A stretch of DNA of 64,000 nucleotides from Prochlorococcus sp. AG-402-A08 (lineage in GTDB: Bacteria; Cyanobacteriota; Cyanobacteriia; PCC-6307; Cyanobiaceae), in assembly GCA_003279585.1 (NCBI GenBank), contig QCHH01000005.1, positions 8,209-72,208 on the forward strand, written 5' to 3'. The translations under genes and the position numbers were made by a program. Shown piece after piece: positions 22,459-34,278 of this stretch; position 1 is the stretch's first letter; each line of letters opens with the position of its first letter. The notes under the pieces were generated by a model. That model was given only the letters and a program-made list of their open reading frames with translations, was not told the origin of the DNA and ran no database searches.

Positions 22459-23604
22459 ATGGAGCAAAGCCAGAGTGTAGGGAATTTAAATTCTGAAGAA
22501 ATAGCAAGGTATGCAAGACACATAAGTCTTCCTGAAATAGGTATTAAAGGCCAAGAAAAATTAAAGCAAAGCTCAGTTGCTTGCATTGGGACAGGGGGAC
22601 TCGGATCTCCACTTTTAATTTATCTTGCAGCAGCTGGAATAGGACGACTCGGAATAATAGATTTTGATGTAGTTGAACACTCAAACTTACAAAGGCAAAT
22701 CATTCATACAACAAATTCAATAGGTCTATTAAAAACAGATTCTGCTAAACAGCACATCCTCAAAATAAATCCTTCTTGTCAAGTTGATTTATTCAATCAA
22801 AAGCTCACAAATAGTAATGCTTTGGAAATACTTAAAACTTATGATGTGATTTGTGATTGTTCAGACAATTTCCCAACGCGTTACCTAATTAATGATGCTT
22901 GTGTAATACTTAAAAAGCCTAATATATATGGTTCAATTGCAAGGTTCGAAGGTCAAGTAAGTGTGTTTAATTTGAAGAAAGATAGTCCTAATTATCGAGA
23001 TCTTATTCCCACTCCTCCTCCGCAAGAATTAATTCCTTCATGCTCTGAAGCAGGAGTCATGGGAATTCTTCCAGGAATTATTGGTACTATTCAGGCAGCA
23101 GAAGTCATTAAGATAATAACAAATATTGGTTATCCGCTAAACGGTAGAATCCTCATATTTAATGCATTAAAGATGAACTTTAAAGAGCTAACATTGAAAT
23201 CCAATCCAGAAAATAGACATATACATGAACTAATAGATTATAAAAGTTTCTGTTCACAGGTTATGGTTAAAAACGAGATAGATTGTGATATAAAAAGTAT
23301 TACAACTAAGGAATTAAAAATACTCCTTAGCCAATCTTCACATGCAATACAATTAATAGATGTTCGCAACCCAAATGAACATGATCAATGTTCAATTTCT
23401 GGATCAAAGCTTATTCCCCTTAGCACCATTGAAAGTGGGGAAGCCATTAATAAAATTAAAATTCTTACAGCAAAAAAAAATCTTTATGTATTTTGTAAAA
23501 GTGGGAAAAGATCATTGCGCGCATTAAAACATTTAAACAAATTTGGAATTAGAGGTATTAATATTGAAGGAGGTATAGAAGCCTGGAATAACGAAAAAAA
23601 TTAA
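22459..23604 (+). CDS. moeB: MoeB/MoeZ-type E1-like adenylyltransferase with C-terminal rhodanese domain
   Basis: RYARH, GTGGLG, SNLQRQ, SDNFPTRY, PSCSEAG, rhodanese IDVR...CKSGKRS. Confidence 0.92.
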   Translation: MEQSQSVGNLNSEEIARYARHISLPEIGIKGQEKLKQSSVACIGTGGLGSPLLIYLAAAGIGRLGIIDFDVVEHSNLQRQIIHTTNSIGLLKTDSAKQHILKINPSCQVDLFNQKLTNSNALEILKTYDVICDCSDNFPTRYLINDACVILKKPNIYGSIARFEGQVSVFNLKKDSPNYRDLIPTPPPQELIPSCSEAGVMGILPGIIGTIQAAEVIKIITNIGYPLNGRILIFNALKMNFKELTLKSNPENRHIHELIDYKSFCSQVMVKNEIDCDIKSITTKELKILLSQSSHAIQLIDVRNPNEHDQCSISGSKLIPLSTIESGEAINKIKILTAKKNLYVFCKSGKRSLRALKHLNKFGIRGINIEGGIEAWNNEKN

Positions 23605-23610
23605 TTCAAA

Positions 23611-24762
23611 CTAATAATCAACTCCCCTTTTCAAATCAACTCCTTTTTCTGCGTAGTGCTTATGACACACCATCTCAGAATGAACACTTGCTAAATCAAA
23701 ATATATAGGTTGATTTTTACATCTTCCAGTAATAATAACCTCAGTCTCTGAAGGTTTACGAAGCAAGGTTTGCACAATAGGTTCCACTGGTAAAAGCTCC
23801 AAATCTACGGTTGGATTTAACTCATCCAAAATCACAGTCTTATAAAGACCACTTGAGATAGCTGCTCTTGCGATTTCCCATGCTCTTTCAGCTTCTACAT
23901 AATCAATGGGCTTTTGCTGGCCCCTCCAAACAATGGCATCTCGACCAGATCGAAGATGGTCGACTAAATGAGGATAACTTTCTCGAAGAGCCGCAATCGC
24001 GGCATCCTCTGTGTAACCACTACCACCCTTAAGCCATTGCAAAATCAATACTCGATGACTTTTATCCTGACTTATTCCTCTACCTATAGCTTGTAAAGCT
24101 TTACCCAAAGCACTGGTTGATTTACCTTTCCCTTCTCCGGTATATATTTCAATACCACCAACATTATTCTCAAAAAGAAATTCATCGTTATCAATTTCTG
24201 GTCGTCTGTGAGCTCTCATTTCAGAATGAAGTTCCGCAACTTTAATCAAAGGATTTGGTGCAGCTCTTCCAGTAACGATGATTTCCATACCGTTTGGCCT
24301 TGCAGTAAGTGTTTGAACAACCTCTGCAACAGGCAATAATCCCAAATCAAGAACAGGATTCAATTCGTCTAGAACAACAACTGAATATAAGGCACTAGCA
24401 ATCGCACCCTTTGCTATATCCCACCCTCTTTGAGCTTCCTGATAATCAAATTTGGTAGATTGATCGGCGCTAAAAAATTCGCCCCTGCCAGTCCTAACTT
24501 GATCAATTAAGTGAGGGAAACCTTGCTGCAAAGCATCTATTGCGGCATCTTCGTCATACGAGCGACCAGGTCCTTTCAAGAATCTAAGAAGTAATACTCT
24601 TGTTTGTCTTTTCTCACATATACCTAAACCTATAGTCCTCAGAACCACACCCAAAGCTGCCTGGCTCTTCCCTTTACCCTCACCGTCATAAACATGTAAT
24701 TGTCCGTGACTACGTTCCTGGCTTTCCGACGCTGTCGTAATTCCTATACCGTTTGGTACCAC
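23611..24762 (-). CDS. cobO: cob(I)yrinic acid a,c-diamide adenosyltransferase (CobO/BtuR family), tandem duplicated domain
   Basis: Two GEGKGKS P-loops, two LDELNP and two TGR motifs. Confidence 0.88.
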   Translation of the reverse strand: MVPNGIGITTASESQERSHGQLHVYDGEGKGKSQAALGVVLRTIGLGICEKRQTRVLLLRFLKGPGRSYDEDAAIDALQQGFPHLIDQVRTGRGEFFSADQSTKFDYQEAQRGWDIAKGAIASALYSVVVLDELNPVLDLGLLPVAEVVQTLTARPNGMEIIVTGRAAPNPLIKVAELHSEMRAHRRPEIDNDEFLFENNVGGIEIYTGEGKGKSTSALGKALQAIGRGISQDKSHRVLILQWLKGGSGYTEDAAIAALRESYPHLVDHLRSGRDAIVWRGQQKPIDYVEAERAWEIARAAISSGLYKTVILDELNPTVDLELLPVEPIVQTLLRKPSETEVIITGRCKNQPIYFDLASVHSEMVCHKHYAEKGVDLKRGVDY

Positions 24763-24894
24763 GATCGATAATTCTGCTTCTTATGAATGCAACTTAACTT
24801 CTTCTCCATGAGACGTCATAGAATATGCACAATACATAAAGAGATGCATGAGCGTAGAAATCTCAATTCAATCAAATTAATGATCTTTTAAAAA

Positions 24895-25737
24895 GTGTTT
24901 TATAGTCAACTTGAATTTTTAACTGACTCAGAACAGAGGCAATTAAAATTGTTAAGGGAGTTTATTAAAGATATAAATCATGCGTGTGTTGCTTTCTCCG
25001 GAGGCGTCGATAGTTCTTTAGTAGCGACAATAGCCCAAGAGCAACTAGGTTCAAAAGCCTTTGCCGTGACTGGAGTCTCTCCATCATTAGCTCCATATTT
25101 GCTTAAGCAAGCGCGTCTTCAAGCAGATTGGATTGGTATTCATCATGAAGAATGCCAAACAAATGAAATTAACGAACCAAATTACTTTAAAAACCCTCAA
25201 AATAGATGTTTTGCATGCAAACAAGAATTACATAAACATTTAAATCAAATTGCAAAAAAATTCCATAATTCTCAAGTACTTGATGGAGTGAATCATGACG
25301 ATCTTCACGACTTTCGACCAGGCATTAAGGCATCTAATCAGGCCGGAGTGATATCACCTCTTGCTGAACTAAAAATAAATAAAAAATCAATTCGTTCAAT
25401 CTCTAAATCATTAGGTTTACCTTGGTGGGATAAACCTGCCCAGCCATGTTTAGCCTCTCGTATTCCTTTTGGAGAGGAAATAAGTGCAACAAGACTTGCG
25501 CAAATTGCATTAGCAGAAGAATGGATCATTAATCAAGGTTTTTCAAAAGTACGCGTCAGAAGTCAAGGCCTTTCAGCAAGAATCGAATTACCAGCAAATG
25601 AAATAGATAACTTTCTTAAAGTTGTTCAAAGAAAGAAATTAATTAAATATTTTTTATATTTAGGTTTCCATTCTATAAGCCTGGATCTTGAGGGTTTTGT
25701 TAGTGGAAAACTCATCAGAGACATAAAGTCTACTTAA
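24895..25737 (+). CDS. larE: LarE-family ATP-dependent sulfur transferase (PP-loop)
   Basis: AFSGGVDS, NRCFACK, DFRPG, WDKPAQPCLASRIP, VRVR. Confidence 0.87.
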   Translation: MFYSQLEFLTDSEQRQLKLLREFIKDINHACVAFSGGVDSSLVATIAQEQLGSKAFAVTGVSPSLAPYLLKQARLQADWIGIHHEECQTNEINEPNYFKNPQNRCFACKQELHKHLNQIAKKFHNSQVLDGVNHDDLHDFRPGIKASNQAGVISPLAELKINKKSIRSISKSLGLPWWDKPAQPCLASRIPFGEEISATRLAQIALAEEWIINQGFSKVRVRSQGLSARIELPANEIDNFLKVVQRKKLIKYFLYLGFHSISLDLEGFVSGKLIRDIKST

Positions 25738-25793
25738 AGAATAAACTCTGATATCAAAAAGATTTTTAATTTATTTTCAACTTTTCATTTTGA

Positions 25794-26270
25794 TCAAGGT
25801 TCACGATGCAAAGCCTTTATTCCTGAAGGGATCTCTCTTGCAATGTTTTTAAAAGAAAAGTGCTTAGCCAAAAAATCTTTCAAAAGTAACTTACAAGCTT
25901 TTTCAGGCATCGTATGGTTACCGCAAGTGAAAACATCAATGGCTGCATAACCAATCTCAGGCCATGTATGTATCGAGATATGAGATTCAGCCAATAAAGC
26001 TAGTCCAGTTACTCCCTGAGGTTTAAAGCTATGTGTTACCAAATTTATGAGTGTTGCACCAGCAATTTTGGCCGATGATGTGATAGTTGTCCTTATAAAA
26101 GCTTCATCATTAAGCTTCGCATGATCACATTGGTAAAGTTCAAGTATGCAGTGCCTTCCAATATTCTCACTAGGATTGTTATATATGGTTTCTATATTTT
26201 CTGATTTGCAAGAGTCACCCCATCCAGGATTTGGATGCAATTCGGGGAAAGAAGGTTCCATATTATCCAA
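25794..26270 (-). CDS. speD: S-adenosylmethionine decarboxylase proenzyme (pyruvoyl); start may be ATG 26261
   Basis: [18 protein letters not shown] self-cleavage motif, DVFTCG. Confidence 0.9.
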   Translation of the reverse strand: MDNMEPSFPELHPNPGWGDSCKSENIETIYNNPSENIGRHCILELYQCDHAKLNDEAFIRTTITSSAKIAGATLINLVTHSFKPQGVTGLALLAESHISIHTWPEIGYAAIDVFTCGNHTMPEKACKLLLKDFLAKHFSFKNIAREIPSGIKALHREP

Positions 26271-26301
26271 AAATCATTTCCACAATAACCGACCAATAGT
26301 T

Positions 26302-27402
26302 TCAACCAAAAGAATCTAACTGCATTAATTGTGAGTTTCGTACCCATTCACCCTCAAAAGACTCCACATGTGTTGCACTGATTAAACACTGATGTTTTTG
26401 ACCGACAGCCTCTAAAAGCAATAATTGTCGTTTGGGATCTAGCTCAGCCAACACATCATCTAAAAGCAAAATAGGAGATTTACCATATAGCATTTTAATT
26501 AATTCTAATTCGGCCAATTTCAGAGCCAACACAATAGTCCTCTGCTGACCAGCAGAACCAAAACGCCTAGCATCTACCTCATTTACAAAAAACTGTACAT
26601 CATCACGATGAGGACCTACTCGACAATTACCCGTTATCTCTTCCTCAGCCCTCCTTTCTAAAAGTTGACGTTCAATACTCTCCCTCCAAAGCCTTTCACT
26701 CTCTTCACCCTCAAGATTACTACCTGGCAAATATACAATATCTAATTTCTCTTTACTATTACTTAGATGGTGTTGCCAATTTGAAGCTATAGGAAGTAGA
26801 CGATCTAAAATACGCCTACGTCTTCGATGAATTCTTGTACTCACCAAAGCCATTTGTATATCAAAAGAATCTAATAAAATATTTTTATCCTTGCTCGATT
26901 CAACACTAAAATTACGCCAAAGCTGACTTCTTTGCCTAAGTAATCTAGAAAATCTTCCCATCAAATCAGAATAAATAGGCTCAAGTTGCTGGACAATTCT
27001 ATCTAGCCAATTTCTTCTCAGTGAAGGTTCTCCTCTAATCAATTCTAGATCAAGGGCACTAAAACCGACGCTTCTCATCGGTCCAATCAAATCAATTTGA
27101 CGAGTTAAAAGTTTTTCATTCTTATAGGCTTTTCTACCACCTTTTCTATTTAATTCTAAAGAAAGTTTTTGATCATCTTCAATTATTGCAGATAAGCAAG
27201 CCATATCTTTATCCCAAAAAATTAAATCCTGATTTCGATTGGATCGATGAGAACGTAAACTAGACAAGAGTTCTACGGATTCAAGAAGATTGGATTTACC
27301 AACTCCATTTTGACCTATGACTATCAACCGATTTTCAGTTAACTCAAACTGAAAGCGTCGATAATTTCGAAAATTATTAAGTTCTAACTGATGAAGTTGG
27401 AT
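26302..27402 (-). CDS. recF: DNA replication/repair protein RecF (extended to a probable ATC start)
   Basis: In-frame [14 protein letters not shown] upstream of GQNGVGKSN Walker A; [23 protein letters not shown]. Confidence 0.93.
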   Translation of the reverse strand: MQLHQLELNNFRNYRRFQFELTENRLIVIGQNGVGKSNLLESVELLSSLRSHRSNRNQDLIFWDKDMACLSAIIEDDQKLSLELNRKGGRKAYKNEKLLTRQIDLIGPMRSVGFSALDLELIRGEPSLRRNWLDRIVQQLEPIYSDLMGRFSRLLRQRSQLWRNFSVESSKDKNILLDSFDIQMALVSTRIHRRRRRILDRLLPIASNWQHHLSNSKEKLDIVYLPGSNLEGEESERLWRESIERQLLERRAEEEITGNCRVGPHRDDVQFFVNEVDARRFGSAGQQRTIVLALKLAELELIKMLYGKSPILLLDDVLAELDPKRQLLLLEAVGQKHQCLISATHVESFEGEWVRNSQLMQLDSFG

Positions 27403-27479
27403 TTTTCTTTATGGAATTTGTATGTAAGCTATTTTAATAAGGTCTCAGAATTTGACCTTTTTGATAACACCCCTTCATT

Positions 27480-27553
27480 GGGCATGTAGCTCAGTTGGAT
27501 AGAGCATCAGATTCCGGTTCTGAGAGTCGGGGGTTCGAGTCCCTCCATGCTCG
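27480..27553 (+). tRNA. tRNA-Arg(CCG)
   Basis: GGGCATG/CATGCTC acceptor, TCAGA-TT CCG GT-TCTGA anticodon arm, GTTCGAGTC. Confidence 0.97.
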
Positions 27554-27564
27554 TAAGTTTAATT

Positions 27565-28017
27565 TTAAAGTCTAAATCCCATTGTTTTTATACCATTTGG
27601 ATCTAATAAAAATCCATTAGCTTTCAATGGATTAATTGAGATTAATGGAGCAGCAACAGAAATGCTACAGCCTGGTAATTCCCGTCTAATTATTTCAATC
27701 GCCTTAAAAACTACAATAGACATATATTGATCTTGTAGCTCTCCTGGCTCTGCAACTAAATCCCACATATTTGCATTTAAACCTTTATCACTAGTCACAC
27801 GAACAAAGCCTACTAGGTTTTCAGAAGTCTTTTGAAGAAGAGTCAAATAGAAATCACTATTTTTCAAAGCTAATTCTAACTTCCTTGGTTGATGAGTATC
27901 TTGATTACATCTTGATAGGAGCCTATTAATTTTACGTACAGAAATAAGTTCGCTCCGACGTAGAACAAAGCCCTCAGGTATTTGAGGACATTTATTTGTT
28001 GAATTTAATCCAAGCAT
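27565..28017 (-). CDS. GNAT-family N-acetyltransferase
   Basis: LVGFVRVTSDKGLNANMWDL; conserved position downstream of ppc. Confidence 0.78.
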   Translation of the reverse strand: MLGLNSTNKCPQIPEGFVLRRSELISVRKINRLLSRCNQDTHQPRKLELALKNSDFYLTLLQKTSENLVGFVRVTSDKGLNANMWDLVAEPGELQDQYMSIVVFKAIEIIRRELPGCSISVAAPLISINPLKANGFLLDPNGIKTMGFRL

Positions 28018-28018
28018 A

Positions 28019-31000
28019 TCACCCTGTGTTTCTCATTCCTGCAGCAATACCATTAATGGTCAACAATGCACCACGCAATAGTTCACTACGGCTATATGTA
28101 CGTGAACTTTGAGTAGAGTCAATACTCAAATCTTCGCTAATAGGTGGTTGACGATTCTGATCTCTTAATCGTTTAAGAAGAGCAACTTGTAAAAATCCTA
28201 GAGGAACAATAGTCCTATTTCTAAGATTTACTGACAATTGCAAGGCAGGGTCTGCACTTAACAGTTTTGACTTATCAGTAATTTCTAAAATTAATTTCTT
28301 GGTCAATCCATATTCGCTTGAGATGATCTCGAAAATGCCAGCGAAAGTATCCCGATTTTCATTGCCACCTAGACTAACCATATAATGGTGGGCAACGTCT
28401 AAATCAACTTTTGAAAGTGTCATCTCTACTTTAGAAATCAGCATTCTAAAAAAAGGCCATCTCTGATTCAACATTCGCAACATCTCCATCTGGTCGGGGT
28501 CTGCATTTAATTCAGTAGCTAAAGCAGTACCAACCCCAAACCAACTTGGCAAGAGGAAACGACTTTGAGTCCAACCAAAGACCCATGGAATAGCACGAAG
28601 ACTTGATAAATCTTTTGCACCACTCTTTCTTCGAGCAGGACGACTAGAAATTTGCAACTTACTGATTTCTTCTATGGGGGTAACTACTTGAAAAAATTGA
28701 ACCAAATCGGGATTATCATGTACTAAGGCTCGGTAATGCTCCCTAGAACGAGCTGCAAGTCTTGTCATCAATTCATTCCAACTTGGCGTGGCATCTAATT
28801 TATTGGTAACTAGACTATTCTGGATAACAGCGGTGGTTACAGTTTCTAGATTATATAAAGCTAATTCTGGAAGACTATATTTTGAGGCAAGAACCTCTCC
28901 TTGCTCTGTAATCTTTATACGTCCCTGAAGTGTTCCACTAGGTTGAGCCAAAATAGCTTGATAAGCGGGTCCACCGCCTCTTCCTACAGAGCCTCCTCTA
29001 CCGTGGAAAATACGCAATGCTATTCCTTGTCTGCTAGCCAGATCTTGGAGTGCTATTTGGGCCTTATGAATTTCCCAATTACTTGAGAGAAAACCAGAAT
29101 CCTTATTGCTATCAGAATAACCAAGCATAAGTTCCTGAAGTGGTTGTTTTTTTTCTCCTACTTGTGGAAGTAATTCGCGATAAACATCTGTCTGAAGCAA
29201 AGACTCCATTACAGAAGGAGCATGTTGTAAATCCTCAACCGTTTCAAATAATGGTACAACGAGAAAGTCAGCAGCTCCTAAGGTTGGATCAATTAAACCT
29301 GACTCTTTGGCTAAAAGAAGAACTTCTAATAAATCTGATGCTGTATGACTCATTGAAATCACATACGAGCGACATATACGAGTACCAAATTCTTTCTGAA
29401 GCCTATGAAGCATATGAAAAACTGAGATAGTTTCTTGAGTACTTTTAGACCACTCAAAAGCAGGAGGAATCAGTGGTCTCCGAGTTTTTAATTCCTTCAT
29501 TAACCATTTGACTCGACTTTCCTCGGTCATCACTCCATATGATTCAGGCAAATCTAAATAACTAGTTAGCTCATCCAACGCATCGCTATGACGTGTACTT
29601 TCTTGCCTAATGTCTAAACTAGCCAAAGAGAACCCAAAGATATGAACTTGATTTAATAAAGTATCTAGAGGTTCACATGTAAGATCTGTACTAACAAGAC
29701 TATTTCTAATAAGCTCTAATTCATTCTTCAATTCATCTACAGACCTGTAGTGGAGAAATTCATCAAAACTATTATTAGTAGACACTAAAGGCTTACCTTC
29801 GGGTGAAAATTGCCATCCAGCATCCGCTAGCTGCTTATTACGTAGTTGAGTAAGTCGTAGTCTCTCTAATGTATAGCTAAGTTTCAAGCGATAAGGCTCT
29901 AGTCGATATCTAGCGGCCCTTTCTTCATAGACCTCAGGGAAACGCACTCTGTCCATTTCTAATGACTCTAGCAAAGGAGAACTTACTTGACTCCATTGCA
30001 TAGATATACTCAATTGATCTCTAAGCTCTTGAACTGATGCAATATACCTATCCAGCATTAATTGTCTTTGATAACATGCTGTTCGCCATGTTATTTCAGG
30101 AGTAACAGACGGATTTCCATCACGATCAGAACCCACCCAAGAACCAAATGTGCAAAAAGCTTCATTAGGAATTTCTACGTCTGGATAACTTGAAGCCAAT
30201 GCCGTGGTCAGTCTTCTTCTTAATTGAGGCATGGCATCAAACAAAACCTGCTGAAAATAATGAAGTGCATAGTCAACTTCATCCAGAACAGTCGGTTTAA
30301 ATTGATGAAGCTCATCAGTTCTCCACCAAAGTCTTATTTCCTCCTCTAATTGCAACCTAAAGATATCCTTCTCCGATTCAGAAATTAAGCTATTAGATTG
30401 AAGTTGCTGCAAAAGAGTAGCCACCCTGCGTTGCTTATGGCGAACCGTATGTCTAACTATTTCCGTTGGATGAGCTGTAAAAACAAGACGAATATCCATT
30501 TCCCTCATCAAAGCATCAAGCTGAGCTGGTGGGACATTCAAGCTGCGTAATCGCTCGAATAATTGAGTAAAAGTTGCTGGGGCAGTCTGACTGGCTAAAG
30601 CTGGAGCAAAAGGATCAATTTTATAATTACTATTTTCCAACTTACCTTTTTCTATACTGTCTAAATAACTATCTTCCTCTATACGTTGCTCAAGAATGTT
30701 TACTAACTGAAAATATAGCGAAAAAGCCCGAGCAGCAGATATTGCCTCAGCTAAATCCATTTCTGTAATCAATCCAACTATTGCCTGTGAGGAATTATCT
30801 TGATTTGACTCGATAGGATCACTTAATTGTTTTAATCGCAATAATCTCTCTGTTTGGTCAGGAGGACATTCACTTTTCAGAACTGTTTTCCATAGATCCT
30901 CAACCAGTTCAAGCCTCTGTTGCAATAAATATCCAGGATCTTGACCCTCAACAGATACTGTCGAGGGATTAGAGATATTTTCGTTAGAAGAATTTTTCAA

Positions 31001-31039
31001 CATAAACATATTATGAGGCAGTTCTACCGACTTAGTCAC
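28019..31039 (-). CDS. ppc: phosphoenolpyruvate carboxylase
   Basis: [52 protein letters not shown]. Confidence 0.99.
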   Translation of the reverse strand: MTKSVELPHNMFMLKNSSNENISNPSTVSVEGQDPGYLLQQRLELVEDLWKTVLKSECPPDQTERLLRLKQLSDPIESNQDNSSQAIVGLITEMDLAEAISAARAFSLYFQLVNILEQRIEEDSYLDSIEKGKLENSNYKIDPFAPALASQTAPATFTQLFERLRSLNVPPAQLDALMREMDIRLVFTAHPTEIVRHTVRHKQRRVATLLQQLQSNSLISESEKDIFRLQLEEEIRLWWRTDELHQFKPTVLDEVDYALHYFQQVLFDAMPQLRRRLTTALASSYPDVEIPNEAFCTFGSWVGSDRDGNPSVTPEITWRTACYQRQLMLDRYIASVQELRDQLSISMQWSQVSSPLLESLEMDRVRFPEVYEERAARYRLEPYRLKLSYTLERLRLTQLRNKQLADAGWQFSPEGKPLVSTNNSFDEFLHYRSVDELKNELELIRNSLVSTDLTCEPLDTLLNQVHIFGFSLASLDIRQESTRHSDALDELTSYLDLPESYGVMTEESRVKWLMKELKTRRPLIPPAFEWSKSTQETISVFHMLHRLQKEFGTRICRSYVISMSHTASDLLEVLLLAKESGLIDPTLGAADFLVVPLFETVEDLQHAPSVMESLLQTDVYRELLPQVGEKKQPLQELMLGYSDSNKDSGFLSSNWEIHKAQIALQDLASRQGIALRIFHGRGGSVGRGGGPAYQAILAQPSGTLQGRIKITEQGEVLASKYSLPELALYNLETVTTAVIQNSLVTNKLDATPSWNELMTRLAARSREHYRALVHDNPDLVQFFQVVTPIEEISKLQISSRPARRKSGAKDLSSLRAIPWVFGWTQSRFLLPSWFGVGTALATELNADPDQMEMLRMLNQRWPFFRMLISKVEMTLSKVDLDVAHHYMVSLGGNENRDTFAGIFEIISSEYGLTKKLILEITDKSKLLSADPALQLSVNLRNRTIVPLGFLQVALLKRLRDQNRQPPISEDLSIDSTQSSRTYSRSELLRGALLTINGIAAGMRNTG

Positions 31040-32166
31040 TAATAGGTTGAATTCATTTGAATGAAATTGGTCTCCTCTTGTTTCATTTCACCAATACCTT
31101 GCTCAAGCAAAGACTGAATTGATTCTCCCTTGTAATAAGAATCAAGCCATATCATTGATTGATTTCCGTTTATTAAAACAGATTCAATAGGTTGAAGTAT
31201 TTCAAACATATCAAGCTCCCTAGCCAAAGGAGTGACATCTAAAAGAATTTCCTTTATCCAATCACGACAGTTGATTTGTTTCCCATTTTTCCAATGAGAT
31301 AAATTTCCATCAAGACTGGATTTAGCTGCAATCAAATCATTTTCATCTGCCAATAGAGCCAATTCTTCTTGTGTTTTAGAGCTTGCTTCAATTGGATCAA
31401 ATTTTTTCAAATTTTGTTGAAGATTAATAATTCTGAGCTCAATTAATGCAGTAATAGCTAGAAGCAAATCAACATCAGTTACCAAATCACATATCCTTAT
31501 CTCTAATCGATTTAATACATGAGGTCTTTCTGGACCATTTGGTCTTACTGATGTCCACAAATGTCTTTCATTTTGCATAGTGCCCTGAACTAGTTGCTCT
31601 TCAACCCATGCCACATAGTGTGCGTGATTTACAAACATGGGAACATTTGAGGGAGTTTTAGGGAATTGAACCCATCTTTGTGAATGTGCACCAGTTGCTT
31701 GCCCGTCTAAGAAAGGAGAACTAGCACTTAAGGCAAGAAATAATGATGCTTCACATCTAACCAATCGAAGAGCCGAAAAAAGTAAGGATAAATTTTCAAT
31801 ACCTAAATTGATGTGAATGCTTGCTGTTACAACATTCGTTCCATAGTTTTTTTCTATAAATGAATGATAAGAATTTTCTGAATCTGACCTTTCAAAAACT
31901 TTTGTATTACCAAGACTAAGTGTGCTTCCAGGCAAAATTGTAAGTTTTTGAGAATCAAGCCATTTCCTAAGTTTTTGTCTTGGTAGTAAAAGTGCGTGTT
32001 TTAAAACAGAGTATCTTTGATCTGGAACAGTTATGTACTCAAGATTTCTTTGATCTGGTTCTTTAACAAAATCTGATAGATCTTTAGTAATAGCAGATGC
32101 AACACCTACATTTTTACCAGCATATGTGCCAGTAAAAAGCTCTACTTCAAACCCCTTTAAAAGCAT
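31039..32166 (-). CDS. gshA: glutamate--cysteine ligase (cyanobacterial type); start at ATG 32166
   Basis: [46 protein letters not shown]. Confidence 0.9.
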   Translation of the reverse strand: MLLKGFEVELFTGTYAGKNVGVASAITKDLSDFVKEPDQRNLEYITVPDQRYSVLKHALLLPRQKLRKWLDSQKLTILPGSTLSLGNTKVFERSDSENSYHSFIEKNYGTNVVTASIHINLGIENLSLLFSALRLVRCEASLFLALSASSPFLDGQATGAHSQRWVQFPKTPSNVPMFVNHAHYVAWVEEQLVQGTMQNERHLWTSVRPNGPERPHVLNRLEIRICDLVTDVDLLLAITALIELRIINLQQNLKKFDPIEASSKTQEELALLADENDLIAAKSSLDGNLSHWKNGKQINCRDWIKEILLDVTPLARELDMFEILQPIESVLINGNQSMIWLDSYYKGESIQSLLEQGIGEMKQEETNFIQMNSTY

Positions 32167-32174
32167 AAAGTTGA

Positions 32175-33695
32175 TTATAAATCCTGGGGTTCTAAGCAAG
32201 CTAAAGCAGTAAACATCCCTTTAGCTTTATTTAGAGTTTCCTGATACTCATTAGATGGCAAAGAATCTGCAACAACCCCTGCCCCCGCTTGTACTTGAAC
32301 TGTAAAATAATTTTTATTTTTCTTCCGAACAATCATTGTTCTTATAGTAATAGCTGTATTTAATGCTCCATTTAAATCTATTGACCCATAAACTCCTGAA
32401 TAAGGCCCTCTACGTTGTTTTTCTAGTTGATTGATTAGTTGCATTGCTCTTATCTTTGGGGCTCCACTAACTGTCCCAGCAGGGAAAGAAGCAATTAATA
32501 AGTCCCACACATCCTTGTCTTTTTTTAAAGTGCCTTCAACTTCACTGACTATGTGCATTACATGCGAATATTTCTCAACAACCATTAGTTCTTTTACAAA
32601 AACACTACCTGGTATACAAACTCGACCTAAATCATTACGACCTAGGTCCACTAACATCACGTGCTCAGCTCTCTCTTTTGGATCTTTTAAAAGATCTTGC
32701 TCTAGATCTGCATCTTCCAAATCATTTTCACCTCTTGGACGTGTACCTGCAATAGGTCTCAGGCTTGCTTGAATACCCTTTTCTGTTTGTTCGGCCTTGA
32801 CCATTACCTCTGGACTAGAACCAATAAGTTGCCAGTCTCCAAAGTCAAAAAATGCCATAAATGGAGAGGGGTTTACCATCCTCAGGCTTCGATATAATTC
32901 AAAAGGTGTTTGCATTACAGTCGACTCCAATTTTTGACTAAGAACTAACTGAAAAACATCACCTTGTTTAATAAATTCTTTTGCGGCTTCGACACTATGC
33001 TCAAATTCACTTTTTGACGTATTAATAGTCATGTCAAGTGTTCTATTGGTATTTTCATTCCACTTTAAAGACTTTATTGGTTTCAAAGGAGAGGCCATTA
33101 AATCTTGAAGTTCATTGATTTGTTCACAGGCAATTTCATAAGCTTTTTGCGAAGAAACTCCATCACTTAAATTTCCATATGCAACAGCTGTTATTAAACG
33201 TTTGACTTGATCAAAAATTAGAACTTTATCCATAAACATCCAAATACCATCAGGTAAATCTTTATCCGATAATTCATAGGTAGGTACTGAGGTCTCAATC
33301 CATTGAATTAGTTCATACCCCCACATTCCAAAAAGTTGTCCAAGCTGTGGCAAGCCAGTCAAGGAAACAGATTTATAAGGCTCAAGCATTTTCCTAAGTA
33401 TTTCAATTGGATTTCCATAAAACTTTTCTTGTTTTCCATTTCTCCAGAATCTAGTCAATTCATCACCCCTTACTATCACCTTCCAGAGAGGATCTGACGC
33501 CACTACGCTCCACCTACCTATGGTTTCACCACCTTCAACTGATTCAAGCAATACGCCTGAAGGAGCATCATTACCAACTTTTAGCCATGTTGTAAGAGGA
33601 GTTTCTAAATCTGCCGGCCAACTTTTTGCCAATGGTATATAGTTCGCCCCTCTGGACGCTGACAAAAGAAATTCTTCCTTATCTAAACTAAGCAT
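32175..33695 (-). CDS. trpE: anthranilate synthase component I
   Basis: LLESVEGGE, GSSPE, PIAGTRPRG, EHVMLVDLGRND, GTVSGAPK; ATG 33695 likely start. Confidence 0.95.
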   Translation of the reverse strand: MLSLDKEEFLLSASRGANYIPLAKSWPADLETPLTTWLKVGNDAPSGVLLESVEGGETIGRWSVVASDPLWKVIVRGDELTRFWRNGKQEKFYGNPIEILRKMLEPYKSVSLTGLPQLGQLFGMWGYELIQWIETSVPTYELSDKDLPDGIWMFMDKVLIFDQVKRLITAVAYGNLSDGVSSQKAYEIACEQINELQDLMASPLKPIKSLKWNENTNRTLDMTINTSKSEFEHSVEAAKEFIKQGDVFQLVLSQKLESTVMQTPFELYRSLRMVNPSPFMAFFDFGDWQLIGSSPEVMVKAEQTEKGIQASLRPIAGTRPRGENDLEDADLEQDLLKDPKERAEHVMLVDLGRNDLGRVCIPGSVFVKELMVVEKYSHVMHIVSEVEGTLKKDKDVWDLLIASFPAGTVSGAPKIRAMQLINQLEKQRRGPYSGVYGSIDLNGALNTAITIRTMIVRKKNKNYFTVQVQAGAGVVADSLPSNEYQETLNKAKGMFTALACLEPQDL

Positions 33696-33756
33696 GACTG
33701 CATAATGGCAGCCCAATATATATATTCAAAGGGGGCAAAAGTTTAAATTTAATAAC

Positions 33757-34182
33757 TTATGCATCGTAAGTTTTTTTACCGCTAAATTTCAAACTTGCTG
33801 GATTAGGGTTTTCTCCAATTCGTCGATTATTGTAGCCTTCTTTCAAGCGACCTTCATTAGGCTTCTCAGAGAAAACACCATCTTTAGGGAAAAGTAATTC
33901 TCTATCACCTCCAGGATAGATTCTGTATATTTTACTTGTTTCAATTCTTGGTTTAAATCCCCTCAATTGAGTATTCAAAGCAAAACACTGTTCTTTTCTA
34001 GCAAAGTACATGAGATTTTCACCCTCATGCATTACTGCAGCTCCTCCAGTTGGTAGTTCAAAAACCTCAGACGTTTTACTTGTCCATGTAATTGCATATT
34101 TTTCTTCGGTTTCAGCCGAGTTTAACAATCCACCAGTGCTACCAATGTGCTTTGGCAGTGTTCCAGGTAATACTTCGGTCAT
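33757..34182 (-). CDS. psaD: photosystem I subunit II
   Basis: [35 protein letters not shown]. Confidence 0.98.
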   Translation of the reverse strand: MTEVLPGTLPKHIGSTGGLLNSAETEEKYAITWTSKTSEVFELPTGGAAVMHEGENLMYFARKEQCFALNTQLRGFKPRIETSKIYRIYPGGDRELLFPKDGVFSEKPNEGRLKEGYNNRRIGENPNPASLKFSGKKTYDA

Positions 34183-34278
34183 GCTTTTAATTAAATCAAC
34201 TTATTCTTTATATTTTTAAATTAGCACTTTATTTTGTGCCTTTTGACTCATTTCACGTCAACTTCACACGCGTCAACA

